Below are positions 50,798 to 63,687 of a stretch of DNA of 64,000 nt, piece by piece. A model generated the notes under the pieces. That model saw nothing but the letters and a program-made list of their open reading frames with translations, ran no database searches and was not told the origin of the DNA. The position numbers and the translations under genes were made by a program. Location: positions 61,318,001 to 61,382,000 of the forward strand of contig NC_045701.1 in the NCBI RefSeq assembly GCF_009834535.1. The letters run 5' to 3'. Within the stretch, counting starts at the first letter, position 1. Each line of letters starts with the position of its first letter. This DNA comes from Camelus ferus (Eukaryota).

Positions 50798-51735
50798 AGG
50801 CTTCCCTCCAGAGGCTTCACCTGGGCCTGTCTAGAAAGGACGACAGCATAAACAGGATCAAAGAGTGACGACAAAAAGTGCGCTGCGGCACGACCAGAGG
50901 TTGGTGACGAGGCAAAGCTTTAAGTAGAAAGGTGAAAGGAGAGTTGGATGGGGTCGGTGTCTGCAAGATAACCCAAGGCTTGGTCGCCAGAAAGCATCAG
51001 TGATTCCCACCACCACCACCTCCCCGGCAGGAGTCAGAGGAAACAAGTCCTGCTAGACCCCAGACCTGGGCAGGGAGGAAGGCTGATGAGAGGGCACTGT
51101 GTCTAACTTTGGAAACAATTACCAATCATGGCTCTCCAGAGACCATCACTCCCTCTCCAGAGCAGCAGGTGTAAGTAAAGGCCTTGCCTGTAGCTGAGAG
51201 ACACATAAATGCACAACCAGAATCCAGACTTCAGCTTAGGGTCATTTTTTTCCTCTCTTTGAAATTTCCACCCGTTCACCCAGAGCTTGGATGGCTGGGC
51301 AAACCCAGAAGACTGACATGAGGTGAAGAGCAGTCCGCTCTGCTAGGACTTTTTCTGCAAAAAACCAAGAGTCTCTGTGGAATAACACTAGGCTATTCTT
51401 GCTTTCTACCCCAAGCACTGCTGGTGCAAGTTTATTTCCCTGTAGCCAGGAAGTTTTCTAAATGCACTGGACTGTCTTCAATTAAATAACAAGGGCCTTG
51501 GGCACAGACTGGGTCCATGTGGTTCGCCTGTCATTAGCAGGAGTCAGAGATGTGGCTGAGTTTACAGGTCCTTGTGAGTAAGTGGGAGGGTAACTAGAAA
51601 CATGAGCTTAGACACACAATTGGATTTTCCCCCTCTGGTGGGTCTTGTGTGACCTGTATTTATGGCTACTGGGCTTGTAAATAGACGGTGACTAATCAGC
51701 CATTCACAGACCAGAGTGGAAAACAAGCAAGCTAA

Positions 51736-51825
51736 TCTTTATATATATAAAATATCTTTATATAATATAAAATATCTTTATCTTTATATATATACATAGA
51801 TATATATATAGATAGATATCATAGA
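51736..51825. repeat. TA-rich ~19-20 bp tandem repeat / low-complexity tract
   Basis: TCTTTATATATATAAAATA TCTTTATATAATATAAAATA TCTTTA TCTTTATATATATACATAGA... Confidence 0.85.
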
Positions 51826-53574
51826 TTGCTATCCTGGACTTCTAACATATAATAAATCCATCATCATCATCATTAACGGGAAATACTTCAAATCTGTATG
51901 TTCTTTTGCACATCATCAGGTGCCCACATCTCACCTCTGGGTATTGATATAAAATCTCAGCTTCCCAGCATTTCCCATCTAGTATAAATATCCCTGTCCC
52001 TAATCACTCCTCTGTGGGTGTATTAGCTCACACTTCCCAAAGAGGAAACTCTTTTGGACTCCATTAAGACATAGTCTCACAATTACTTGTAGAACTTCCC
52101 CATTTATTTCCATCTGCAGATTTAATTAAAGTGACATTTATCCTTTCTTCTTTGTCCTTAGTAACTGCATAGCATTATAATGTTGGAATTATTTTAATTA
52201 TTGGGAAAAAAAGATTGGTAGTTATAAAGTGTCAAATCTTTGCTTACACACTTTTCTTAACCGTCTAGCTTAAATTTTCATTTTACAGATACAAAACTAA
52301 GACCCAGAGAGATGAAGTGCCTAGTCCAAGATGACATGGTGCTTTAGAGGCTGCTTTGAGACTAGAATCAGTCTCCTAATCCTGCAGTGAAAGCTCCTTG
52401 TAAATAACAGAATAATCTGATGTTGGCATAGTATGGTATCAACCAGCACCATCCAGTAACCTCTATTGCCATCACTGGTTTTGCAGCACTACAGAGAAAA
52501 GAAACCTCTGGCAATCACTTCCAACAGCTTCTAATCAACACAGAGTTAAGGAAAATGGAGCAGCACTGGCACCGTATGGACTGACTGGCCCTAAGGAATG
52601 AGCTGGCAGATTGCAGCAGGTGCCAATACAGCATTTTTAAAGTGTTTTGCAGCCAGAGTCCATATGTTGTAACCAAGCCACAGCATGTACAGGTGAGAGA
52701 GACAGGAATCAAAAAGCTTCAATGTCACACAAAGGGCTTCTTTTTGTTTGTTTCATTGCAAAGATTCTGTTTTAAAGCAGAATCATTTGTCTATTTCTTC
52801 TGTCTTAGGATATTGTAATCAGAGAGGCGTTGTCTGTAAGAACCAAGAGTTCCTCTACCCAGAGGTGTTCGCTGACTCCCAAGTCGCAGCTATAAAATGA
52901 AGGAAAGCTAGCGGAGCTGCAGGCGTGTTCCAGTTTATCAGCAACCAATACAAGAATGAAGACTTAGAAAACTGATATACTAGGAAGCGATGACTTGTAA
53001 TTACTACTGGTTTGCTGAAGGATTCTTTTATCAAGCACATTCTCCTTTGAGGATTTAAAATATAGTTTATTTGATAGTAGCTGTCATTATATGTAAAGCC
53101 TCAGAAATGCACAAGAAATAGGTCCAGTCTGACAATGTTTGATCTCTTATGCAAAAATGGCCCACCCACTACTCTCTAGAGGGATGATTTTTCTCTCCAT
53201 TCCTTCCCTCTGTTTCTGAGCCAACCTCAGCAGAGGTCTAAGGTGCAATTTGCAGATGCTAAATGGGTGGCTCTGATGGAGGAATGGGAGGAAGGCAGAA
53301 AGAAAAAAGCCAGAAGTTGGTCTCCATCCTGGTCTGCAGGGTTGGTGTCATTAGCAGCACTATCAGTCCAAACATTTCCTTCTTCCCAATCCATTTTCTA
53401 AGTCTTACTCTCTGCCTTCCCAGAGCCCTACCCCTGCTCTAGCAGTGAAATTTCCAAATTATTATTTGATCCCTTTGCATGCACAGAGTCCCACACTTGC
53501 ATTTATAATCTTCTTTCCTCCTTCTCCCTCTCCCCCCAGAATCTAAGTTAAGAGGAAGCAGAATAGAGAGGTTG

Positions 53575-53815
53575 TATTGTATATAAGTTCAGTGCTTGGA
53601 CTCTGGGCCCAGACTGCCTGGAATTTAATCTTGCTTCTGCCACTTACTAGCTATGTGACATATGACCTAGGGCAAGTTATTTAGCCTCAATTTCCCCTGC
53701 TGTAAAATGGGGATTAAAATGACCTATATAATAGGGCATTTGTGAGGACTAAATGAGATCCTATTTGAAAGCTCTTAAAATAATGTCTGGCATATAACAA
53801 GCATCATATAAGGGT
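53575..53815 (+). mobile_element. Near-complete MIR SINE
   Basis: GGACTCTGGGCCCAGACTGCCTGGAATTTAATCTTGCTTCTGCCACTTACTAGCTATGTGAC...GGGCAAGTTA...CTCAATTTCCCCTGCTGTAAAATGGGGAT. Confidence 0.92.
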
Positions 53816-53857
53816 TTATAAAGTAAATAAGCCTTTTCACCCCCTTCTACTTTCATT

Positions 53858-54208
53858 TACAGTAGAAGTTCTAGGCAGCGGTCACTACTAAGGTTCACCA
53901 ATAACCAGTTGCCTTCTCCACTTCCTTGAATTTAGCCATAAACTAGTTCTGGTCAATGAAATGTGAACGGAGGTGATATGTATTACTTTCCTATGAAAGC
54001 AGAGAAGAGCCAGGACTCAGTTCTTGATGCTCCTCTTCCTCTGTCTCAGTGACTGTGGAATGCTGAGCAACACAATAAGAGCTACAAGAATTACCTAGAC
54101 CTGTGGCAGACATTGAACAAGCAGGGAAAAACTTTTGTTGTGTTAAAACACTGAGATTCTGGCACTGTTTGTCACTGTATCATACCCTAGTCTATTCTGA
54201 CTGATACA
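53858..54208 (+). mobile_element. MLT1 (I/J-like) MaLR LTR
   Basis: AACTAGTTCTGGTCAATGAAATGTGAACGGAGGTGAT...TTGTTGTGTTAAAACACTGAGATT...CCTAGTCTATTCTGACTGATACA. Confidence 0.82.
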
Positions 54209-54249
54209 GACTATGAACTTGCTTTAGGTATAGGAAATCAGGGGAACAA

Positions 54250-54421
54250 CAAATTCCCTGGCTGCACACTAGAATCACCTGGGGAGTTTATAAAAATCCC
54301 AATGTCCAAGCCATGACTCCCAGATCAGGTACATCAGAATTTCTGGGCATCAGACTCAAACATCAGCAGTTTTTAAACTTCCCCAGGTGATTTCAGTGTG
54401 CATCAAAGTTAAGAACCATTG
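54250..54421. mobile_element. MER5A MITE
   Basis: CTGGCTGCACACTAGAATCACCTGGGGAGTTTATAAAAAT...CCCCAGGTGATTTCAGTGTGCATCAAAGTTAAGAACCATTG. Confidence 0.9.
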
Positions 54422-54589
54422 TCCTAGAGCAATGCTTCACTCTATGGGAATCTCTGGGATTTTAGATATTGTGCCAAGAACTTCAACTCCCAAGGATCAG
54501 ACCTATGGTTACACCCACCCAGCAAAGACTCAACCCTAATACATCCAACTGTGAGTTTCTCCATACTTGTAACTGCTGAGCATCTCAGG

Positions 54590-56620
54590 AGAGAATCACA
54601 AAATCTCCAAGACTGATGCACCATAAATTCAAGGTCTCCATAATCAACCTCCCTCCCAGTGGAGCCCCATCCTTCCACATATTCCTAGTCAATCATCCTG
54701 TCTATTCTCAACAATAGCTTTCTCAAAGCTTCTCCTCTCTTTTCCCACCTCAGATGTCACTGTCTCACCTCTCGGTCTCAGAAGGTGACTCACAGAGAAC
54801 AGGTTATGTTGTCAATCTTTAGACTTCCCACCTTAGCTCTCTCTTCCTTTCCTTCTTTCAATTCTAGGAAGCAATTCCCTCATCATCTCTCTACCAGCAG
54901 TCTGGATCTCTCCACCTGTGCCTCTGGAGGGACTTCACTTTACTGACTGTCCCCTCGTTCCTCTCTCTTCAACATATAATATGCTTCAAGAATGCTGTCT
55001 TAACTTGCCATTCTGTCCAGCCTTTGCTCCATGTCTCCCATCCCTGCGTGTCAATGTCTCAGAGGAGTTGTCTGTGGGAGTCTCCACTTCCTTGTCTCCT
55101 ATCTACTCCTTAACCCACCACTGATTGGTCTCCACCCCACTACTTCCCTGAAACTGCCTTCCCAAAGTCCACTTTCTAATTGCCAAACCCAGTGAGGCAA
55201 TTTCTTTCTTAATTTAACTTTACCTGCCTATGACAGTTGACCCCATTCTGACTCCTGTCTGCTTGAAACATTCTCTGGCCTTAGATGGCCTGGTTGTGAA
55301 AACTAACTGTGGAACCTCAGCATTTTAATTAACCTATTTGTGCCTGAGTTTGTTTATTAGTAAAAAGAGAATAGTAATAGTCCTTGCCTCATTCAGTTGA
55401 TGTAAGAATTAAATGAGCTAGTACAGGTGGGCGGTCTTACATCCACATTTCTGAAAGTGAAAACTCTGAAGTCCTAGACTTTTTTTTTCATAAATTTGTC
55501 ATGAGAAGTCTGACCTGAATTGTCATGAAGCTATTTGTACTCTTTCTTTATTCCACCTGCTGTGAATATTGACATGTCTTGCTGTATAGATATTAATGTG
55601 TTTGATAACAGGGATTGCTGTCCCTAATCCTGATAAGGGAGATACAAACATACAGAAATCCACACATTTCTGGGTTCCAAAATACAGATCTCTTTCCTGT
55701 AACTCTCAACATGCCTACCTATATGCTGACTGGTTCTCTTTACATGGCAATTGCATGGGGATCCCAAATTCAACATATCCAAAACAAACGTTATCATTTT
55801 GCAGCCTGCCCAAGCATCCTCTCCCTCCAATGTGTGCCACCTCCGTCCACCCGGTTGTCAAGTCAATAACTTCAACGCTTCTCTATCCCTACCCCTGCCA
55901 TCCAGTCCCGCTCATCCTATCACCTAGATATCTCTTAAAAGAACCCACTTGCTAATATCACTGTTGGCACTGCTCCAGGTCAGAGCCCCTACTGTGCAGT
56001 CAGCGTTGACAATTATTGTTGCCCTAATTTCCTGTACCTAAAGCATGTTCATAATCTGTAAGTCAGGACAGACCACATTATGATACAGTAACAAACAGTG
56101 CAGAATCTAATCTTAGCCACTCAGATTACTGCAAAACTCCTCTAAACTCATCTCCCTGCTTACTGTATTTCCCTGTCATACTCCTCTCCATCTCCACCTC
56201 CAAGCTCCACCCAGTTCATTCTTCACCCTGCACTAGCTAAAGCTCTGAAAGCATAAATCTATTTATGTCTCCCTTCTAAGTTCCTTTTTGTCCTCAGGTC
56301 CAAAGCCCTTAGCTCGCCTTTTTCTATCCTTCTCTATCTCGCTTACCCATTCAGTCTTCACTTCCACCATTCCTCACTGCAACCCACATCCTCATACTTC
56401 CTTGCTTCCTACACTCCTTTTTATTCCCTGTACTTATCATGCTTTCTCTTCCTTCCCCTATGTCCTATATCAGCAGGCATATTCCTTCAGATCAGAGATT
56501 AGATATCATTTCTTCCAAAGGCTTTCTTTGACTCTCCAAGACTTAGTAAAGAGCCCTTCCTGTGTCTTCTTAGTGCTACCATATGCTTTTTCTACTGCAG
56601 TATTTGCCTCACTGTTGCAA
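54590..56620 (+). mobile_element. L2 LINE interrupted by a MIR (~55300-55420) and a MER46C/Tigger-like MITE (~55421-55680)
   Basis: Collinear L2 motifs before 55290 and resuming near 55690 (CAAATTCAACATATCCAAAAC). The insert has TCTGACCTGAATTG...GTGAATATT...ATATTAATGTGTTTGAT, like MER46C. Confidence 0.72.
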
Positions 56621-57084
56621 AGAAAAGATTAGAAATACAGTTGAAACCCTAGGTATCTTCTCACCAGCGCTGCCACTGGCTACTTTGGCATCTCTGTGAG
56701 AATTAAGAAGTCTTCTTTGGAGAGTCACAGGACCAAGGTAAGGACATCAATTGGTGAGATGACCGTGGGCTGAATTTCAGCCTCTATTTTCCCCCTTAAT
56801 GGGTACTCTCAGTGGGAAGAAGAAGGGAGGCTTTTTAGGTGAGAGAAGTAGAAAAAGGGGAAATCCTAAGAAGAGGAAAGCTTAAGATATGTAACAAAAA
56901 ATGAGTAATTCAGACTTGGAGACAAACGGGAGGCAGAACTGGCAACACAGGGACTCATCATTAAGGAGTTTGGGCTTAATCTGTAGGCAATGAAAGACAT
57001 GTTTTGAGTAAAAAGTAACATGGTATTTTAGGAGAAAGAATCTGTATGTTGTAGATGTGTAAGATGTTTTGGAGATTAATCACA

Positions 57085-57215
57085 AAAAAATTTTTTGTAA
57101 CTATGTATGGTGACAGATGTTAACTAGACTTATTGTGGTGATCATTTCACAATATATACAAATATAAAATCACTATGTTGCACGTCTAAAACTGATACAA
57201 TGTTAATTATACACT
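57085..57215 (+). mobile_element. Short L1 3' end (L1MA/MB)
   Basis: GTAACTATGTATGGTGACAGATGTTAACTAGACTTATTGTGGTGATCATTTCACAATATATACAAAT. Confidence 0.88.
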
Positions 57216-57469
57216 GAATCACTGTGGAGAAACAAAGAACAGAATAGGAGAAATAAAATAAGAGGGCCCTGCATATGAAGAGATTATATTTTTGAAACAT
57301 GAATAACTGCTCCCCCTCAATTCCCATATTTACTGTCACTCTCTTGCTGTCATTGCACCATTTCTCCTCACCACAGCTCACCTCTTCCTGGCTTTTGAAT
57401 TTCAAAAGCCTAGGCATTGGAATAGAAATTCAGTAAGAAAAATCTTATAATAAGGGCTATGTATATTCC

Positions 57470-57775
57470 TTACTGGGTTCTAGATACTGTTCTAAGTACT
57501 TAACATGCATTTGCTCATTTAATCTCATTCAATTTTAATAGAATAAAACTGAATTTCATTCAATTCAACAAATATTTATTGAGCATTTATGTGCCAGGCA
57601 CTATAGGTGTTTAAAATAATTCCCATTCAACCAAAAATGAAACTGAGGCATAGAGAAGTTAAGTAATTCACACAAGGTCACAAAACTAGTATGTAATGTA
57701 GCCAGGATTATGTACTGAGGTATTCTGTCTTCAGAGCCCAAATCCTTAACTATTCTGTTTAACCACTGCACTATA
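57470..57775 (-). mobile_element. MIR fragments with an intervening L2 3' end
   Basis: CATTCAATTCAACAAATATTTATTGAGCATTTATGTGCCAGGCACT (L2 end); GAAACTGAGGCATAGAGAAGTTAAGTAATTCACACAAGGTCACA (MIR core). Confidence 0.82.
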
Positions 57776-58709
57776 CTACTTCCCAACAGGTTTGGGAAAT
57801 TACAAATAAGAACCAGCTATCTCAGATGCTCCCACTTCCAGCCTAGATGGGAAAAACCTTCCCTGTGTTAAAGGAAGGGAGACAAGCAGGAATGCAAGCA
57901 AAGAGTAAGAACATCCTGTCTCTGCTGAAAAGTGGGCAGAGCCCTGGATTTCCAAGGAAAATAACAAAAACTCCAATAAGGTTATGGGAGTCAAGACAAA
58001 GCTCTGCCCCTTCTACTGGGAAGAATCCTAGGGAGGTAACAAGGCAATAGAGAAGAAATGGCTGGAGAGATGTGGCCTTAATTAGCAAAGAGACATTCCC
58101 TAGACTTTGGCGGGCAAGTGGACACAATATGGAAGGATTCTTGCATACTCGAGGGATCACCTAGGAAGCAGAGAAAGAGAAACCTAGTGAAATTATATCA
58201 CAGATGCTTCTGGTTTTACCCACCTGTCTCCCTCACTATACTATGAACTTTTTGAAGTCAGAGATCCAGTCTTCTGCATATTTCTTTAGCTCTTATTCAG
58301 TGCCTGGAACATGCAAGCCACAAAGTAAATTTGATTTGTTAATTATTCAATACTGTTGAGAAAATCTTAGTGTAGAATTAAAGATTTTAATTGCCACCCA
58401 CAGTTTACACCATATACCACAATAAATTCCAAATATACTACTGACATTTTAAAATTCTTAAAAATAGGTTTTTAAGTTATTTCTGAAGCATTGGAAATTA
58501 TAAATAACAAAGTAAGCAAGTTTGATTACATCAAACTATCAACTGCATACACATAAAAAGCATAATGGAGATGAAGAGGAATTTGAAAGAATGAAAAAAC
58601 ATTCATAATTAATGTGAGTGGTAATAAACATTTTTTTCTTCAAAATCTTCTTGGAATAAATACAAATCTACAATGAACAAATAGCCCAAGGAATTAATGG
58701 ATAACACTC

Positions 58710-58870
58710 ACACTTTTCCCCTGATTCTCAACCACACCTTGTGAGATTACTAGAACAAGTATAATTATTTCTATTGTTCACATTTCTTTTTAACTGTCCC
58801 AGATGTATTAAGTGACTTTGAGAAGATACTCATCCAGTAAGTGGCAAGTCAAGGCCCAACCCAGCTCTTT
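58710..58870 (-). mobile_element. MIR fragment
   Basis: TTCTCAACCACACCTTGTGAG...ATTAAGTGACTTTGAGAAGATACTCATCCAGTAAGTGGCAAG. Confidence 0.7.
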
Positions 58871-59473
58871 GTCACCATGTTCAATGTCATTTCCCCTACA
58901 TCACACTGGAATACCAATAATATAGGAAAGAGGAGTAACTCAAACGAAAAAATAAATTTACAAAAATTCTTAAAACTAAACTATGCATTCTTACTAGTAA
59001 ATCTAAATAACTCAAATACTTGGATATGAATAAATCAACAAGCAGATCACAGTATGTTAATTTAATTGTGAGCAAAATTCTATTAGATTGACAAATTCAA
59101 GGACTATGTAGAAATATGGACAAGATCTTCAAAAATACAGCCAATAGAAAGAACATATGTAACATGAAGCATTACATATTCATTGATTTCTACGATACCT
59201 ATTTTGACTTTTGACTTGTGAGCAGGAGCATGGGAAAAGTCTATAGATTTTATGACTCACTGGTGATTTACAGGATTGGGATTTTGTTTTCCCTTTTCAT
59301 CTACTAATAGTCCATGTCATTATTGATTTTGATGTTTCTATTTAATGTTCACTATTAGTTGTTTAAATAGATGATTAAAAACCAAAGCCAATATCCGGTT
59401 GGAAGAAAAGATATAGACACATAAAGTGTCCAGGGAGTAAGAATAAAGCAATTTGTTAAAAAAGCAGCAGCAG

Positions 59474-59770
59474 CTAAATTGAAGTGTAATTAACATAAAT
59501 AAACCACATATACTTAAAGTGTTGAATTTGATGAGTTTTGTTTGACAAGTGTGAGGTTAAAACCATCACCACAATCCAGCAGTGAACATATCTGTCGCCC
59601 CCAAGAGTTTCCTTATGCCCACTCAAAAATCCATTCCTCCTTCTCAGTCTACAGGCAATGACTGATCTTTTTTTCACTACAGTTTGCATTTTCTAGAATG
59701 ATGTATAAATGAAATGATACAGTATGTACTCTGCTTTGCCTTCTTTCACTCAGGATAATTATTTTGAAGC
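59474..59770 (-). mobile_element. Old L1 3' end (L1MB/ME-like)
   Basis: AAATTGAAGTGTAATTAACATAAATAAA...TTGATGAGTTTTG...CCATCACCACAATCCAG...TTTGCATTTTCTAGAATG. Confidence 0.85.
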
Positions 59771-60339
59771 TCAGGGCACGTTTTCATGGGTATCGATGGC
59801 AAAGTGATGCAGTCACCTTTCTCCAGGTGATCACCATGCATAACAAAGTTTGCTAAGAGAACTACAGTGATGGGGCATTAATAATGGCCAAAGCATAATT
59901 GCCTTCTGGAATTTGCAGAATTTGTCTACTGAGGTACAATGGTATTTTTTAATGCCTTTCTTACAGAGGGAAGGAGCATCAGTTAGAAAGTGGGGCAGGA
60001 AATTTGGCCCCACAGGTGCCTTCAGTGCCTGGGATCTGCCACTTAACTTTGTATGCCTCAGTTTTCTTATTTGTGAAATGAGGTTAGACTGACTCCTTTT
60101 AGTGAATAGGAACCACTTTTTATTTCCCTAAGCTGTTAACATCTCTAGATTCAAGAGACCAGAGGATTAAATGGTGAAATATATGAGAAATGCCAAAAAG
60201 GGAGCTTCAAGGAATCACAGCAGACTGGGGAGGGGGCTGAGAGGTGGAAGAAGCCAGAGAATAGATCTTTCTTTTTTTTAGGTCAGAAGCTTAGTAATCT
60301 TACAGGTGCTGATCCATTTACTGCTTAGTAACCCTATAT

Positions 60340-60515
60340 TTGCTGAGAGGGCAGGCTGAGGAAGTTGTTTTGCAGACAGACAGAACTGGGTTTGAATCCC
60401 ACCCTGCAGCAAGTCACGTAACTTCTCATGGCTTATTGGAAAAATGAGAACAAAGAAAAACAGGCATTCAGACACCTTATAGATTGTTCTGAAGATTAAA
60501 TGAGACAGCATCTAA
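60340..60515 (+). mobile_element. MIR fragment
   Basis: CAGAACTGGGTTTGAATCCCACCCTGCAGCAAGTCACGTAACTTCTC...GAAGATTAAATGAGA. Confidence 0.78.
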
Positions 60516-60787
60516 TAGCCATAACACTTCACCTGTAAAATGAAGGCCATTTTAAATGGAAGTAATAAATATAAAGTACAGAGCTCCACACATTTCAGGA
60601 CTATTTGGTGGCAACAAAAATCCAGGTCTAGCTAGCTAGAAAACAAAAGAAAATGGAGATAATCCCTGGGTGGTATCCCTACTGTCGGTCCCTCTCCCCA
60701 CACTGCTTCCCCTGAGGAGTAGCCTGTATTCTACAGACAAATCCTCTCTTCCAGGTTGGGGAATTGTCCACATGACAGCCCTTTGTT

Positions 60788-61706
60788 CAGTGATGTGCTC
60801 GAACTAGCTTCTACTGGCTTGGGAGAGCCAACTTTTAAATTTTCAGGGATCTTGTGAGTGGGTGGTTAAGCATAATCATTAATAAAAATTAAATTACAGT
60901 AATTGCAATTAAATAAATTACATTAAAAAATGAAGGCAATCAATACTCAAAACTCATCCCTTCCTAATTATGTTACTACATTTTACTATGATCTCTGCTC
61001 TTGAGGTTACTGATGCCTGTTACATCTGTATGATGGAAATCTTCTGTACTGGCGAATTACTGCACGTTAATTTCCAGCCCCATGTTCAAGAGACATCACA
61101 TTGGAACCTTGAAGTCAATCATGGAAATCAGCTAATGCTACAAATCAGGGTCTGACTTATTGTTCTGTTGATTATCTAGACTTTAGAAAGTGATGGAGAA
61201 AATGCAGGTTACGGGTAGTGCAGATTAAATTTAAAAGTGTTCATGTCTATAGCTGTCACATTGTAAATAGCAACAAAACATTTAAGGAAATGTTCTTCCA
61301 GTATTCAAAAACTATTACCCAATCCAACAAAGAAGTAGCTCACATCATTAGCATGAATGTATATTCCAGCGTATATCGTCATTTTTTCATTTTTAGCACT
61401 AAGATATATGAAAATACCAACCAATGTTCCTGTTGAAACTACATTATCCTCAAAGACAACCATAGGTTGACCAGACTTAAGAGTTAGGCAAAAATCAGTC
61501 AAAGTATCCTGTGAGAATCGATGGGTGATATGGAATTTACCATAAAGAGTACAAAATATTTTAAAATTGTTTGAAAATTATTTGCTACACATCTGTTATG
61601 TCAGTAGACTTCATAATAAATTTAAATTTATATGCACATATATATAATATACATTTTGAGGAAGTCAGCCAGAGACAGCCATTGGACATTTACCTGCATG
61701 CTAATG
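60788..61706 (+). mobile_element. MER63-family hAT element, near full length
   Basis: 5' CAGTGATGTGCTCGAACTAGC...GAGAGCCAAC; internal ATACTCAAAACTCATCCCTTCCTAATTA and GCTACAAATCAGGG; 3' GGACATTTACCTGCATGCTAATG. Confidence 0.85.
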
Positions 61707-63199
61707 CCTAGACTCACCAATTCTGAGTTTAGCTATCATGGTTCACACAGAAATCCTCTCTTTTCTATATTTACATATCAGTCCAGAGGAAGACCCTGAT
61801 GAGAAGAACCACTTGTGTCACATGTCCACATGTCTGTCAACACCAAGAACGCCAAGAACGGCTGCACAGGGTATGCAGCACAGGAACTGGCTCGGTGGGG
61901 CATGCACAGGGCAATACCATGTTTGATAATCTCACTGATTATGGAGACAGGCACAGGCCCCCAAAAGGAATAGAGATGCTGGACAAACAAGAAGAAGACG
62001 CCCATTACGGTAGGTCTTCAGTAAATGGTAACACACTCTCACGTAAAGCAGCTCTGACCTTTTAATCTCAGGGAAAAAAATTTGTGACAATTTATTCATG
62101 CTGTAGTACATCTGACATCCTAAGATTAAATAATCTGCAACTTGCTTAAATATTCTCCTTTCCCTCAGGCATCAATAAATTTCTAGCCGTTAGTTGTTTA
62201 TGATTCAATCTTCTTCTAACCAGCATTTCTTAAGCTTCTGCTTTTTAAGGAACTGGGTTAGGTGCTGTGGATCCACTTAAGTTTACTCTAAATTTGATAA
62301 ATGGCAGTTTAGCCTGATCACAAGCCCATCTGTTGTGTCTCAAACATCCTGTTCTGAATGTGATATCACTTCTTTAAAAAAAAAAAACAGTTTATGCCAC
62401 CTCAGCTCCAGTAGACTAATTGAACCAAACATGTTCAAAGAAGCAAACTCTAAGAATAAATCCCCAAATGTCAGTGCTGTCTATGAGGAATGAAGAAACA
62501 TATGGGATCTCAGCCATTCTTCAAATAATTCATGCCAAGGTGTCTGAGGGGGCTGGGCTTCAGAGAGCAGCTTTATGCCTTCCAGAAAAGTCATCTGGTC
62601 ATGTAATTCTAATTGTAACCTTGAAAAAAAAATAAATTGTGCACTTAAAGATTGCAAAAAAGATTCTTATCACAAAGGGCCATTATGTTACATCCCATTT
62701 GCAGTATAAAGCACTGTTACAGCCTTAAGTAGGGCAACAAATGTCCCCCTATTGTAAGAACATCCTTTGCATACTGAACATAATGAAGGTCACCCACCCT
62801 GTACACCATCTTTGGGAAGATCAGGCCAACATCTCAGGCGATGACTATACAGTTCTATGAAAAAACTATGGCATGCATCTTACTTACTTCCAAAAGTGAA
62901 CAAATGGCTCTTATGCTAGAAAGAAATAGATCAAAGTGGCTCAGATGTGTAAACCAGAGGCAGTTTAAAAAGAGTTTTTGTTTAAACGATATGGGCCAAA
63001 AAGAAAACAGAAACTCAGGAAGTTAAAGCAGTCAGCTCGGCTCAAATCAAAAGAGAAAGAACAGCCTGAAACAACCTGTGCAACTCTGTGGACAGAGGGC
63101 AGCATCTGCGTCATGGGCTAGTGGGGCAGGAGGAAGAAGCTAGGAACATGGGAGCTAGAGCAGGCAGGGTGGGGAGGCTTGAGTGCCAGCTACATGCTA

Positions 63200-63390
63200 G
63201 GCATTGCCATACTAGTGACACCTGTCATAGGTAATCACTGATCCTCACAACTTTTCGAGATAGATATTATCTACCCCCACAGTACAGATGGTGAAACTGA
63301 GACTCAGAGAAGTCAAGAACTTGTCTAAGGTCACACAGCTAATAAGTATCAGAATCAGAATTCAAATTCAGAACTATTTGGCTCCAAACC
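63200..63390 (-). mobile_element. MIR SINE
   Basis: TACAGATGGTGAAACTGAGACTCAGAGAAGTCAAGAACTTGTCTAAGGTCACACAGCTAATAAGT. Confidence 0.9.
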
Positions 63391-63687
63391 CCTCTTCCTG
63401 TAGGTTGGTTCCAATGAAACTAGACAGCAAGCAGTCCAACCTAATATCCAATGGGACAGGGGTGAGCTTGATTCCAGTGTAGGCTGTCATTTATACCTGG
63501 GAGTGAAGCATGGCAGAAAGCTCTAGACAACAGCAATATTTTCAGTCAGGTGGTGAAACCGGCAGGGAGGGGCAGAGGGACAAGTACAGGAGGACACATG
63601 TCTGATTACAAGCAGCATCCCAGCCAATGGCTATGGATGGAACTGGGAACAAGTCCAGGTCCAGGGAGAGCACCTGGTATGGCTACA

